A stretch of 64,000 nucleotides of DNA from a bacterium (GTDB lineage: Bacteria; Patescibacteriota; Doudnabacteria; UBA920; VMFF01): the NCBI GenBank assembly GCA_021811585.1, contig JAJZOG010000007.1:57459-121458 (forward strand), read 5' to 3'. Shown in pieces: positions 27,497-37,824 of this stretch. The notes under the pieces are model-generated. The model saw only the letters and a program-made list of their open reading frames with translations. It was not told the origin of the DNA and made no database searches. The first letter of the stretch is position 1; every line of letters begins with the position of its first letter. A program made the position numbers and the translations under genes.

Positions 27497-28075
27497 TTAC
27501 GCCCGCGCAGGTGCTGTTTCGCGCTGCCAGAAAATTATGGCAATGATAATGGCATTCATCACGAAAGTGTAAATCGGGAATGCCAATAAAATCCAGTTTA
27601 AATTTTGTACCGCAAAAATCCCCGCAAGCCCCGCGAGGCAAGTTAAAAGCCAAGCGGAAAACGGCTCTGTTGCCGGATGTTCGTTTGATTTTATGATCGT
27701 GAGTATGCCGCCCGAGGCATCAATCGCAATCACGGCGAAAAGGGCGCTGGCGGCGTTTTTCGTAAAATACCACAACGCCAAACCTGCCAACACCGCGCTG
27801 AAAGCGATTTTATCGCGCGGGTGCCATCCGCCCATGCCGAATTTTATGGATAAAATGAAAATCATCGCATCACCCAAGGTTTGCATGGCAGGAAGCCACA
27901 AAGAATTTGTTGCGCCTTTTGCCAATTGGGAGAAAAAAGCTATGCTGCCGAGCATTGTCCAAATAAACCAAGATGCGCGTTCGGGTTTTGCTTTGCGGCG
28001 CAGCATGCTTGCAATGTAAGGGATAAAAGAGGCGATAACAGTTATTGCCGAAAGGTATCCAAAAAATTGGTGCAT
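27497..28075 (-). CDS. Hypothetical polytopic membrane protein
   Basis: 192-aa ORF with 5-6 hydrophobic helices. Confidence 0.45.
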   Translation of the reverse strand: MHQFFGYLSAITVIASFIPYIASMLRRKAKPERASWFIWTMLGSIAFFSQLAKGATNSLWLPAMQTLGDAMIFILSIKFGMGGWHPRDKIAFSAVLAGLALWYFTKNAASALFAVIAIDASGGILTIIKSNEHPATEPFSAWLLTCLAGLAGIFAVQNLNWILLAFPIYTFVMNAIIIAIIFWQRETAPARA

Positions 28076-28079
28076 GGAA

Positions 28080-29372
28080 TTATCGTTTATGCCTGTGCTT
28101 AATAGGTTTTTTTAAATTGTCCGCATCCGCCATCGCCAAAACCATCCGGGGAATTGCCGCGGGATATTCTTTGCCGCGTAGAAAAATCAGCGCGAATATC
28201 AGCACGGCGAAAATTGGCAATGCGCCAATGGCTATGGTCAGCGACGGGCCTACCGCGGTAAAAAGAAATCCGCCGATAATTGGGCCAATTGCCCAGCCGA
28301 CATCTTCGGCAACAACAATCGCACCGCTTACTATGCCGTCGCTATCGTGCGAAGAATCAATCCTTTCAAGCCAGGACCAAAGCAAAACGCTGGACATTTC
28401 GTCTCCTGCGGTGGCGAGAAAACCGATAAGCAAAAATATTAAATTTAAATTAAAACCGAGCATTAAGCCCATGACAGCGAATATAAGCAGCCCCCAAAAA
28501 ATAAGCGTTTTCTTTTGGTAGCGGTCTGCCAATTTTCCAAGGCCAGCGCCCAAGACAACTGCCGCCAAATCGAAAACGCTAAGCCCAAAGGAAAGAGTAC
28601 CTGCTTTTGCCTGGGATGCGATTACAAGGGGAACCACAAACCAGATTAGCGCATAGAAAATTGCGCCCGCAAGATTTTCCAAAGCAAGTATTGTGCTTGC
28701 AGGATTCAAATTCCTCAATGCTTGTAAAGTTTTATTCAGCCAATGGCGGCGGATGTAATACGCATGATGCGGATGACTTGTTTGCCGCGCGCGGATTTCG
28801 CTTAAAGATCCGGGGTTTGTGCGCGTGCCAGAGAGGGCTATAAGCGCGGCGATGAAAATTGCGGAAAGCACTATGCCGATAACAATTATCGGGCTATGGA
28901 CAATAAAAATAAGCAGAAGAGCCGCGCAAACAATCCCAAGCGATGTGAAGGCGTGCTGAATGCCCATGTATTTCCCGCCCTCTCTTGGCGGCGCGGCTGA
29001 AAGCACATAAGCATTGATGCCGGGATTGAAAAATAACCAGCCCGCAATGCTTAGGATGATAGTAGCAATATAGATGACTGTTGAAAAAGGGAAAATAAGA
29101 ATTACCGCGCCCGCAAAAAAAGCAAAAGTGCCAATGGTCAGAAGGCGGATGTAGCCATATTTATCGAGCAGGAAACCTGCCGGGACATCAAATAAGAGCT
29201 GGATAGTGCTTGCTCCGCCAATCATAAGGCCTATAATCCACACGGGCAAAATGCGGCTTCCGAGAACCGGCAAAAGGGTGTAGTGCAATCCGGCGGCAAA
29301 TTTGAACAAAAAAATAAAAAGCCAGAACGGGAGAAGCTGTAGCCAGGAAGTGGAGGAGGATTTTTGGGGCAT
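28080..29372 (-). CDS. MFS transporter
   Basis: 430 aa, about 12 TM helices in two 6-helix halves with a central loop; typical MFS composition (e.g. 'LDKYGYIRLLTIG'). Confidence 0.65.
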   Translation of the reverse strand: MPQKSSSTSWLQLLPFWLFIFLFKFAAGLHYTLLPVLGSRILPVWIIGLMIGGASTIQLLFDVPAGFLLDKYGYIRLLTIGTFAFFAGAVILIFPFSTVIYIATIILSIAGWLFFNPGINAYVLSAAPPREGGKYMGIQHAFTSLGIVCAALLLIFIVHSPIIVIGIVLSAIFIAALIALSGTRTNPGSLSEIRARQTSHPHHAYYIRRHWLNKTLQALRNLNPASTILALENLAGAIFYALIWFVVPLVIASQAKAGTLSFGLSVFDLAAVVLGAGLGKLADRYQKKTLIFWGLLIFAVMGLMLGFNLNLIFLLIGFLATAGDEMSSVLLWSWLERIDSSHDSDGIVSGAIVVAEDVGWAIGPIIGGFLFTAVGPSLTIAIGALPIFAVLIFALIFLRGKEYPAAIPRMVLAMADADNLKKPIKHRHKR

Positions 29373-29534
29373 AAAATTTTTTATCCCAACGTTGTCGGGA
29401 GATTTTGCGTAAAATTGCTGCGCAAATATGAAATTTGGCGCGTACTTTGGTTTGGTGTCGCACCTTTGAAGGTATTATAAGCAAATTTTAGAAGTTTGGG
29501 AAAAACTGGTAAAAATGGACTTTTGGAATAAGGA

Positions 29535-30710
29535 TTATTTTGCGCTTTTATAAATATAGAAAAAATCTTTTTGATAGCCGTTTAGGTATTGTTTTGAGCC
29601 GTCCTGCATTTCTTTATTTAACGGGGCGGAGTTATATTTTCCCGCGCCCGTGCTGTTAAAAATATTGAATCTGACCCAGTACGGATTAATATCCAGCTGA
29701 ATGGCATTAGCTGCTCCGGCAAGCCGCAGCGCTTCCGCGAGAGTGAGCGGGCTTAAACTGTTTCCGGCCGCAAATATCAGATTCCCGTTTGCCGTTATGC
29801 CGATGCCGGACCGCCATGTAAAGGTGTTGGCGCCAACAACACGCCCCCAAATTTTTTGGCTGTTTGGATCAGAAACCGTGATCACCCCGTTTTCTATAAG
29901 CATCGGGCCGTTTTGCCTTATAAATGTGGCGTTCGATAAGTTTTGCCCGGCATAGTTAAATATTTTAACAGAACCGTTTTTGAAAGCGGCAATTGTGCCT
30001 AAATTTTTTTGCAGCGGCAGGTAAGTGGTTTTGCCCACAATCATGCCGTATTGGCCGTCTCGATATTGAAAGCCGCCGTCAAAAGCCGCCACCAAGTTCC
30101 CGCTCAGGATAATTTTTTTCGGCACTTTGCCGGGACCGTATTTGCCAACCTTGCCTCCGGGTTCAACCGTGCCTGCCACGCTGCCGATGCCGAGCGAAGA
30201 CATGTCCATTTTTACCAGCGAGGCGATCGCAAAGTTTCTGCTTGCATCGGGGCGGATAAATGTGCGGGCCATCACCTCTTTGTCCGGGGAAATGACGAGC
30301 GGAATATTGTGCCACACTCCTTCGCCGGCCAAAGGAGCAAATGAAAGATTGGCCGGCAGGGATTGCAAATTCAGCAAAGACGGCAGTTGTGGATTTGTAG
30401 CTGCGCTTGAGAATTGCGGAGCCAGCGGCTGCTTAAAATGATAGACTACTTTATTGACATGGTCTGAAAAATTAAAAAAAATCTTTTCCAGAAATACGAT
30501 TTGCCTGTCGCCGAAAATCGGACGCAAATAATCGTCGGTGAGCTGCGCCGCCAGCGGCGTATCAATTTTAATGAAAGCAAAGCCAAGAACAGCAACAGCA
30601 ACTGCGCCAAGGAAAAACCATTTCAGGAACTTTTTGAGAAAAATAACGTATATTTTATTTTTATCTGCAGGGTGGCGATGATTGGAAGAGTATTTGTTTA
30701 TATACATCAT
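29535..30710 (-). CDS. Secreted/anchored protein, possibly phosphodiester glycosidase (NAGPA-like) family
   Basis: N-terminal TM; 'GNLVAAFDGGFQYRDGQYGMIVGKTTY' and 'ANAIQLDINPYW' resemble that family. Weak call. Confidence 0.3.
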   Translation of the reverse strand: MMYINKYSSNHRHPADKNKIYVIFLKKFLKWFFLGAVAVAVLGFAFIKIDTPLAAQLTDDYLRPIFGDRQIVFLEKIFFNFSDHVNKVVYHFKQPLAPQFSSAATNPQLPSLLNLQSLPANLSFAPLAGEGVWHNIPLVISPDKEVMARTFIRPDASRNFAIASLVKMDMSSLGIGSVAGTVEPGGKVGKYGPGKVPKKIILSGNLVAAFDGGFQYRDGQYGMIVGKTTYLPLQKNLGTIAAFKNGSVKIFNYAGQNLSNATFIRQNGPMLIENGVITVSDPNSQKIWGRVVGANTFTWRSGIGITANGNLIFAAGNSLSPLTLAEALRLAGAANAIQLDINPYWVRFNIFNSTGAGKYNSAPLNKEMQDGSKQYLNGYQKDFFYIYKSAK

Positions 30711-30815
30711 CTTTGTTTTGATATCCGGAATGAGCGTATATTTATATTCTAACCCGGTTTCATGAAGATTTGATGAAAGCCCTAAAATAGGGCGCGCATG
30801 CCTGCAAATGCGAAA

Positions 30816-31274
30816 TTATTTGTTTTCCGGCTGTGCGCTTTTTTTGCTGAAAGCGAAAATGTAAATTATTTCCAGTATGCCCAAGGTATTCACAATCAGA
30901 AGTACAATAAACCATGTTTTGTGCGAATTCCGCGCGGATTTCCAGAGCGCCACGCCTTTCCAAATTAATGTCCAGACAATCAGCGCTGCCAGTAAAATTT
31001 TAACGGCAGGGGAGAACGGGAAAAGAGGCAGGTCGCCGTTTAAATACCAGCCATGATTGTATTTCACGATTTGTATGGTTTTGCCGCCCGCGGTTTTGCA
31101 GATGCCGGAATTCGGCGTCTTATTCAACAATTGCGTGCAGCCCCTGAAAGCATAGTAATTTTCAAAACTGCTGTGTGCGCGGCTGAGCTTGTGCACCTGA
31201 AAAGCCCCGAATATGATTATTAATATTACCGCCAAGCCCAATAGGACGGTTAAGAGTTTGTGCTTTTTTGCCAT
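30816..31274 (-). CDS. Hypothetical three-TM membrane protein
   Basis: 152-aa ORF; hydrophobic helices at the N-terminus and C-terminus. Confidence 0.4.
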   Translation of the reverse strand: MAKKHKLLTVLLGLAVILIIIFGAFQVHKLSRAHSSFENYYAFRGCTQLLNKTPNSGICKTAGGKTIQIVKYNHGWYLNGDLPLFPFSPAVKILLAALIVWTLIWKGVALWKSARNSHKTWFIVLLIVNTLGILEIIYIFAFSKKSAQPENK

Positions 31275-31376
31275 AAATACAGATTAATTTTAATTGATCG
31301 ATTGTATTTTTAATTATATAATTGTGTACAAAGGTATTATAAAGGGTTTTGCGATGCTTTGCTAATAAAAAGATTT

Positions 31377-31925
31377 ATGCCAGAAGAATACTACGATATC
31401 TACGATGAAAACGGCAATCCTTTGGGGATTTCAAAACCCCGCTCAGAAGTCCATGCAAACGGCTATTGGCACAGGGCTGTCCACATTTGGATTTTAAATT
31501 CCAACGGGGAATTGTTGATACAAAAACGGGCGGAAATGAAAAAATCTTATCCCGGCCTTTGGGATGTTTCTTCAGCCGGACACGTTTCTGCCGGTGAATC
31601 AGCGGAAGCAGGTGTGCTTAGAGAATTACAGGAAGAACTTGGCATCAAAGCCAAACCATCCGAATTCAAATATCTGTTTGCCATCACCGAAGAAAGCATC
31701 TAATATGGGGGCAAATTAATAGATCATTTATTTGATTCGGTTTATTTAATGCGCAAAAATTTAAATCTTAATGATTTGGTTTTGCAAAACGAAGAAGTAT
31801 CCGAAGTTGCCTGGATGCCGGCCTCAAAATTATTGGAATTGGCCAAGGGTGAAGATGAAACCTTTGTTGACCGCAGGGAAGAATATAAAAAATTATATGA
31901 GATATTAAAATCTCCGCATCCTTAA
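31377..31925 (+). pseudogene. NUDIX hydrolase interrupted by a single in-frame TAA
   Basis: Nudix box 'GHVSAGESAEAGVLRELQEELGI' precedes the stop. Reading straight through the 'atc TAA tat' stop gives the expected Nudix C-terminus '...NEEVSEVAWMPASKLLELAKGEDETFV...' for 73 more codons. Confidence 0.6.
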
Positions 31926-32563
31926 AGGTTGCGGGGATTATGGTAGGACAACAATTTCCAGCGGAATGCCGTGGAACATTCCACCAGCTGATGTGCCGGA
32001 CACTCAAAAGTGAAAGTTCTTCCAGGGTTTGGAATAATTCTGATTATTCCACGGTTTTGCCACCTGCCGATCACATCCGTTAACGGCAATTCCACTACTC
32101 CGGTGTGCGGGTTGGCAGCATGAATTAGGGTTTGGTTTGATGAAACCATGCCCACGTGTCCAATGCCTTCTTCGGGATTAAACCAATAGAGGTTTCTCCT
32201 GCCAGTGCTGAATATCAGATCGCCTTCATATAATTTTGTGGAAATGTCCGCAATCTCTTGGAATCCCAAATAGCGCTGGTCAATTGGATGCCTGGGCAGC
32301 CATATGCCTTTTTGCGCATACAGCCATTTTACGAAGCTGGAACAATCCACTGAATTTGGCGCTTCTTCGGCCCGGCAAAATCGAACGTATTTGGAGATTC
32401 CAACGCACTGGCGCGCCAATGCCGTAAGATTTTCCGTGATAAGATTAAACCCCCTTTCCAAAAGAATTTTGATGGCTTCCTCATCGGAGAAGGGAAGCCG
32501 GAGAGTTGAAAAATCCACAGCACAGCGGTTGCCAACCGCAATATACGATGATCCCGTGTCCAT
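31922..32563 (-). CDS. NlpC/P60-family peptidase
   Basis: Catalytic Cys motif 'VDCSSFVKWLYAQKG'; downstream 'GDLIFS' and 'GHVGMV'. Start at the internal ATG, which has an AGGAGG RBS. Confidence 0.7.
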   Translation of the reverse strand: MDTGSSYIAVGNRCAVDFSTLRLPFSDEEAIKILLERGFNLITENLTALARQCVGISKYVRFCRAEEAPNSVDCSSFVKWLYAQKGIWLPRHPIDQRYLGFQEIADISTKLYEGDLIFSTGRRNLYWFNPEEGIGHVGMVSSNQTLIHAANPHTGVVELPLTDVIGRWQNRGIIRIIPNPGRTFTFECPAHQLVECSTAFRWKLLSYHNPRNL

Positions 32564-32752
32564 TTGATCCTCCTTTGCCCGGACAAACAAAAACTGCCCG
32601 AGAAGGCAGATTTCAAATCTAAAAAGCAAAAGCAGATTGAAAACCTATCTTCTCGGCCAGTTTGAGAAGTTCCAAATAAATCCGGACCAGGTTTTGATAT
32701 TTTTGCGAATTAACATAGTTTGAGATTAAGGCATATAGAAAATTCAGAAAGG

Positions 32753-33301
32753 TCACTCATTATTTTTTTGCAAGAATTGTTTTAATTTATCAAAAGGTTT
32801 AATTTTTAAATAAGTTTTTCGATCGTCTTCTTCGTTAAGCTCGGCCCTTGTTGACGAATATCCTTCGGGTATGAATATTCTGTCAAAACCAAAACCGTTT
32901 TCGCCTGCCGGGGTTTGCGGAATTTTGCCGCCCAAACCGTTTTCAAACATTTGCAAATCTTTGCCGTCAAAATAGCCAAACATGCATTTTGCAATGGCTT
33001 CGCGCGTATTGCCGTTTACCAGGTTGCAAATTTGTTCTTCCGAAAGTTCCTCAAGAAAATATTTAATCAGCGGCCCCGGCAACCTGCCCAAGGCCTTGAA
33101 TTCCAGCGAAACATCTTCGACTATAACCGGGCCTTGGATGATTTCGTATGCTTGGCGCACTTTATGCCCGATAATTTTTTTTAAATCCAGGGATTGTATT
33201 TCGTCCAGGTCCAATTTAACATGTTTGATCGGCAGGCCAAGATATTTGGCCAAGTAATCGGCTTTGTTTTGGTTGCCGGTTATGAACGTAATTTCTTTCA
33301 T
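32753..33301 (-). CDS. Non-canonical purine NTP pyrophosphatase (RdgB/Ham1 family)
   Basis: 'ITFITGNQNKADY', 'VIVEDVSLEFKALGRLPGPLIKYF' and 'FGFDRIFIPEG'. Confidence 0.8.
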   Translation of the reverse strand: MKEITFITGNQNKADYLAKYLGLPIKHVKLDLDEIQSLDLKKIIGHKVRQAYEIIQGPVIVEDVSLEFKALGRLPGPLIKYFLEELSEEQICNLVNGNTREAIAKCMFGYFDGKDLQMFENGLGGKIPQTPAGENGFGFDRIFIPEGYSSTRAELNEEDDRKTYLKIKPFDKLKQFLQKNNE

Positions 33302-33595
33302 ATATGAAGTATGAAGCTTAACAAAGGAAGCTTAACAAAAAATCGGCAAAATAGCGATTTTCTTTGTATTTCTGGGTATTTCTGGGTGGTGTCTCAAGCT
33401 CTCAAACATTTAAATACGGTGTTTTAAAAACTTTACAACAAGCGATGCATATAATATAATCCAATATTAAAATTGCGGTCATAAGATAGCAGGTTTTCTT
33501 AAAAATCTTTTGCCTTATGTTCCCAATGTTCCAAAGAAATTGGGCGCAGAACCTTGATGAGTAATCAAGGCATTTCAACTTGTTTGGAGGATGCC

Positions 33596-34198
33596 ATGAG
33601 TAATGGCAAATTCACTTATACGAAGGAACAGGAAGCGAGTCTCTTCGCGCAGTTTTCTAAAGCAATGGAAATTGTCCGCGAGAGGCAGCGACCGTATGAA
33701 ACTGTCAAGCAATCCTTACAGGCCATAATAAGCGATTGTGAAATTCAGATCAAGCCAAAAATTCTTGCCGGCGCAGACGGAGACAATGTCTTCCATGTTA
33801 CCGGTAATTTCGGTTCAGCGTCTTTGGCACTGGATGCGGGTAAGTATGATGCCCGTTATGGTTATGCTGAGTCGGCAAGGGCAATCGCAAAGGTTCCAAT
33901 GATTGTCCAGCCGGTTGACTGCAAGGTAAGAGCGGTTCCGTTGGGGCAATTCAGAAAGAACGCCGAGATCTTTGGATTGTATCCAAAGATTGCTGGCCCA
34001 ATGACACTGTTTACTTTGGGCGTGAAATTTCCTGAAAAACAGTTCGGTGGGTCAATTTTCGTGATTTGGAAAGATCATAAGGGCCAGTTCTGGTATGCTT
34101 TCCTGGGCGGGACCCGCGGTTGGCGCAGCGTTAATGTTTGCCTGGAGGATCCGAACCAGGGGTGGGCCAGCCACGATCATGTCCTTCTCTATGAGTAA
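33596..34198 (+). CDS. Hypothetical protein
   Basis: ATG with GGAGG RBS 7 nt upstream; 200-aa ORF with no recognisable motif. Confidence 0.45.
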   Translation: MSNGKFTYTKEQEASLFAQFSKAMEIVRERQRPYETVKQSLQAIISDCEIQIKPKILAGADGDNVFHVTGNFGSASLALDAGKYDARYGYAESARAIAKVPMIVQPVDCKVRAVPLGQFRKNAEIFGLYPKIAGPMTLFTLGVKFPEKQFGGSIFVIWKDHKGQFWYAFLGGTRGWRSVNVCLEDPNQGWASHDHVLLYE

Positions 34199-34203
34199 GG
34201 TTA

Positions 34204-34266
34204 GGGCCTTGGATTCTTTAAACTTTTTGTTCTTGGATCCTTGGCCCTTTTTGTTTATTTTTTGAG
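34204..34266 (+). terminator. Hairpin plus T-tract, probable terminator
   Basis: 'agggccttggat...atccttggccct' followed by 'ttttgtttatttttt'. Confidence 0.4.
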
Positions 34267-34289
34267 GAGTATTTTCGAGGGATATTTTT

Positions 34290-34784
34290 TTAGTTTCTAT
34301 TAATTAGATATTCAAGTTGCCCTATTTCGTAAAAAGCTTCTTTAAGTGGATTTTTCCTGAAAAGTTTTGAACCAGCACTATCCGATGGGGGCTTGATTTT
34401 TTTAGTTGGTAAAATTTTTGCAATTTGATGCCACTGCTTTTTCATAGTTTTCAGGTTTTGAGCATTTGGTATAAATTCCACGGTAGAATACCCATTTTTT
34501 TCTTCCACCACGTTGACTCCATTTTTTTTCAATTTTATTTTGATTTGCTTGTCAATTACGAAGAAACCGTCAATGGCTTGTTTTTCCCCGTAAAAGCCAG
34601 AGGACCATGTAGGATATCCTTTTTTATTAAATTCTCTAACGGCTTCTCGTACTTGAGGTTCAAGCATTTCCAAGTAGCACCCCAAGTATAATTCTTCCTT
34701 TGTTGGCTTAGGATTAAAAATTATGCGTTTCTTTAGATCTTCCAGAGATATTTTATGAGCTTGTTTTCGAATTTTATTTGTCAT
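34290..34784 (-). CDS. Hypothetical protein
   Basis: 164-aa Lys-rich ORF; no motif recognised. Confidence 0.4.
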   Translation of the reverse strand: MTNKIRKQAHKISLEDLKKRIIFNPKPTKEELYLGCYLEMLEPQVREAVREFNKKGYPTWSSGFYGEKQAIDGFFVIDKQIKIKLKKNGVNVVEEKNGYSTVEFIPNAQNLKTMKKQWHQIAKILPTKKIKPPSDSAGSKLFRKNPLKEAFYEIGQLEYLINRN

Positions 34785-34850
34785 TTATATTTAGGAGGCA
34801 TCCGATACTAAAATTTCTGGCAATGCATTTGGGTTCAGTGCTGCTATAAT

Positions 34851-35819
34851 TTAGATTGATCCAAGCCAATTAATAATTTTATCAGCCATTTCTTTTTCCT
34901 TGCCAAAATAAAAGTGCGCGGCTCTGGCAATTATATCAATGTCAAAAATCGGGGCATTCGCGGCTTTGCGCTTAATAATTTCCAACGCTTCTTTTTGGGG
35001 AATTATTACCGCGTTATCTTTTTCTCCCAAGAAAGCAAAAACAGGTATTTTAATTTCGCTTAATAGAGAAGTTTTATCCGGATCATAAGTATTAAAAATA
35101 TCTACCGGGTAATCGCGGCTGTTCAAATTTAGGTAAGTATTTGCGGACAGATAATACCAATCCCAAATTTTTTGCGTAAGCATGTCTCCGCCTCGTCCGT
35201 CTTCAACCATTGCTTTTGATTCATCCAGTAGTTTTTTATGATAAGTTTCTTTTTCGGCCAAACCGACCATGTCCGGAGGAGACATTTAAATGAGCTTATT
35301 TATTCTGTTGTCCTGGGTTTTTGCAATATAGTAGGCAACCTTGACAGCGCCCAAGCTGTGCCCGCAAAGTACTGTTTTTTTATATCCGTTTTGTTTCAAG
35401 TAATCAATCGCCGGCTTAATATCCAGCAGGCATTCTTCAAAAATTTCATAAGCGTTCCCTATGCGCTTATATTTTTCGTCCGGCCCTGCGATCGGAAAAT
35501 CCGCAATTAAATCATGCCCGCGAGTATTGATGCTCATAAAAGCGTAGCCATGGCTCGTAAGTTCCCTCGCCATTGTGTCTAAAAACCCATTTTCATAAAA
35601 ATTTCTGGCCATGCCGTGGACATGCAGATATGCCATATTCGTCTTTTCCGATGGCTCATAAAGCAATCCTTGCAGTATCAATTTATCTTCGGTTGTAAAG
35701 CGAATAAATTCAGTGTTCATACACATAGAATAGCAAAAAAACGCCGAAGAGGCGATTAGTGCCGAAAAACAGCTTTTTGAGGAGCAAGCGCTAGGTGGTA
35801 AAAATGTTAAATAAGACAA
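34851..35819 (-). pseudogene. Alpha/beta-hydrolase-fold protein interrupted by one in-frame TAA
   Basis: The two minus-strand ORFs are contiguous and in the same frame, with the stop at 35286-35288 directly followed by ATG. The upstream half carries the nucleophile elbow 'CGHSLGA'; the downstream half carries the C-terminal part of the fold. Confidence 0.6.
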
Positions 35820-35985
35820 AGAGACAGTCCTGGTATAGTGGACAAGCCAAGGAATTATGAAAAGGGAGTATAATTAGATTAGTAAAAAAATTAGCCAAAA
35901 GGAATTTATGGCATTAGGAAAACATGGCCATAACAAGGATACAAGGATACAGTGAGAGATAAAGAATAATGCAAAAACAATAAAG

Positions 35986-37170
35986 ATGAAAATAAAGTTT
36001 TTTATCATAGCTTTATTATTGTTAGCCGCAGGGTGTAATCAAGTTCACCAGGCATCCGAACAGGCAGTTCCCAGTAAAGCCGCCAGCGCAAAGAATGGCG
36101 ATGCAAATATAATCGCCACAAAGCCCACGGAAAATTGTCTAGATGGTTTTGCTTTGGTTCCAGGGAGCGCTTTATACAAAACGCCGGATTTTTGCGTGAT
36201 GAAATATGATGCCAAAGCAGTTTTTGCTGCGGATCCTTCAATAGGAATTCAACCTCAACCGGGTGATCCTTGTTTCGGTACAACCAACGCATATTGGGAA
36301 ACTCGCGGCCAACCGACAGGTACTTACAAAAATAATGGCACTGGCTGTCAGGCCACTGCTGAAAATGGCAAGGAAATAAACTCGGTGCCAAGCGGTGCGC
36401 CGATAGCTTATATACCTGAAGTTGGCAGCGGCACAAACAATGCCGTCAGTTATTGCCGACACATGGGTTGGCACTTGCTTACCAATGCCGAATGGATGAC
36501 CATTGCCCGCAATGTTGAACAAGTATCGGCCAACTGGTGCAATCCGGATGGCACTGCTTGCGGAGCAGCACCTGGCACGCCCGGAAAAATCTTGGCCAAC
36601 GGGCATAATAATGCTCAGCCAAATAGCGCTTTGGTTGCCTCAGCCGACGACAGCCAGGCATGCTTTGGCACAACCCCAGACGGCTCGAAAATTTGCGGCC
36701 ATGCCAATTCTCAAAAACGCACTTTGCAGCTTAGCAACGGACAAGTGATTTGGGATTTTGCCGGAAATGTTTGGCAATGGGTTGGAGGCACTGTCCGGCG
36801 CAAAGACGAACCGCAGTCCCAAACCAACGGCAAATTAGATAGCGGCTGGTTATCCAGCGAGTTTGCTCCTGGGTCGGCGAGCTTGGGAGTTTTAGATAGC
36901 GTGATTATTAATAACGGGCGAGGCCTGTCAATGGGATATGATTCTTTTCGGCCATCAAATCCAAATTGGAATTCCAGTAATGGGGTTGGCAGAATTTTTC
37001 ATTTTAGCGCGGCTGCTGATCAGACCTCTACCATTTATGGATTTATCCGCGGCGGCCAATGGAATCATGGCGCTGTTGATGGTGCCTTCAGCGTGCATCT
37101 GACTCCGGTACCAAGTAAAACCAACCTTGAAGATGTTGGTTTTAGGTGCGTTGCCGCTGTTACTCCATAA
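35986..37170 (+). CDS. Lipoprotein with a formylglycine-generating-enzyme (FGE/SUMF1)-type sulfatase-modifying domain
   Basis: Lipobox 'LLAAGC'; 'YCRHMGWHLLTNAEWMTIARN'; C-terminal 'IRGGQWNHG...EDVGFRCV'. Confidence 0.6.
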   Translation: MKIKFFIIALLLLAAGCNQVHQASEQAVPSKAASAKNGDANIIATKPTENCLDGFALVPGSALYKTPDFCVMKYDAKAVFAADPSIGIQPQPGDPCFGTTNAYWETRGQPTGTYKNNGTGCQATAENGKEINSVPSGAPIAYIPEVGSGTNNAVSYCRHMGWHLLTNAEWMTIARNVEQVSANWCNPDGTACGAAPGTPGKILANGHNNAQPNSALVASADDSQACFGTTPDGSKICGHANSQKRTLQLSNGQVIWDFAGNVWQWVGGTVRRKDEPQSQTNGKLDSGWLSSEFAPGSASLGVLDSVIINNGRGLSMGYDSFRPSNPNWNSSNGVGRIFHFSAAADQTSTIYGFIRGGQWNHGAVDGAFSVHLTPVPSKTNLEDVGFRCVAAVTP

Positions 37171-37176
37171 TCCGGC

Positions 37177-37824
37177 CTATTTAACCTCGGATATGATCGC
37201 TTGGTCTTCTTTAAATAAATATTCGCTCAATTTAAAAATACTGTAAGACATGAACGGCGCCGCTAAAACATCTATTGAATAGTGTACGTGTGCCAGAAGC
37301 ACAGATATGCCAAAAATTGCCGACGCCAGCAGATATATAAAGCGCCACAGTTTTTCGCGCCACAAAATTAAAGCCATCAAAAATGGCAGACCAGTATGCG
37401 CGGAGAAAAAGTATCCTGTTTCCAAACCCAAGGCTACGTATAAATGATCTAATGGGCCCGGACCTGGCACAATTTGGCCGGGATAAATTCCCAGGTGAGT
37501 TACAGCGACGAAAACGGCGCGCAGCGCAAGGAAGATTGAAAGAGTTTTTAGCGTAAAAATAAGATATTTCGGTTTTGATAAAATTACAAGGGCGCTGATC
37601 AGGATTGTCCAGAGTGCGCCCTCAACAATGATTAGGTTTAAATTTAGTATCGGCAAATGATCCAATAACAGGTCGCCAACGTATCTGGTGGCCACGTGGC
37701 TGGAATAAGTTCCTGCATAATATTGAAAAACTAAGCTCAGAGCCAGGATTAACAATGCTGTATAAAACGATCGGCGACGCGGTTTAGTGAAGAGTTGTTT
37801 ATATTGAACGATGATTTTGTTCAT
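37177..37824 (-). CDS. Polytopic membrane protein, possibly PAP2-superfamily-like
   Basis: Six hydrophobic helices; 'FSAHTG' and 'LLAHVHYSIDVLAAP' loosely fit PAP2 motifs 2/3. Weak call. Confidence 0.3.
   Translation of the reverse strand: MNKIIVQYKQLFTKPRRRSFYTALLILALSLVFQYYAGTYSSHVATRYVGDLLLDHLPILNLNLIIVEGALWTILISALVILSKPKYLIFTLKTLSIFLALRAVFVAVTHLGIYPGQIVPGPGPLDHLYVALGLETGYFFSAHTGLPFLMALILWREKLWRFIYLLASAIFGISVLLAHVHYSIDVLAAPFMSYSIFKLSEYLFKEDQAIISEVK

Noticed and set aside
34204-34250. 'gggccttggat ... atccttggccc' first read as a perfect long palindrome
   Set aside because: The inner 'ccttgg' parts are direct repeats, not complementary. Only a 10-bp interrupted stem forms, so it was kept only as a modest terminator candidate.
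31359-35819. Possibility that TAA is a reassigned sense codon (two conserved genes with a single in-frame TAA)
   Set aside because: TAA clearly terminates conserved genes in this window (ksgA, radA, the Nudix C-terminus itself, gatB). TGA and TAG also act as stops (pcrA, the VirB4 N-terminal ORF). The two cases are therefore treated as pseudogenes or errors.
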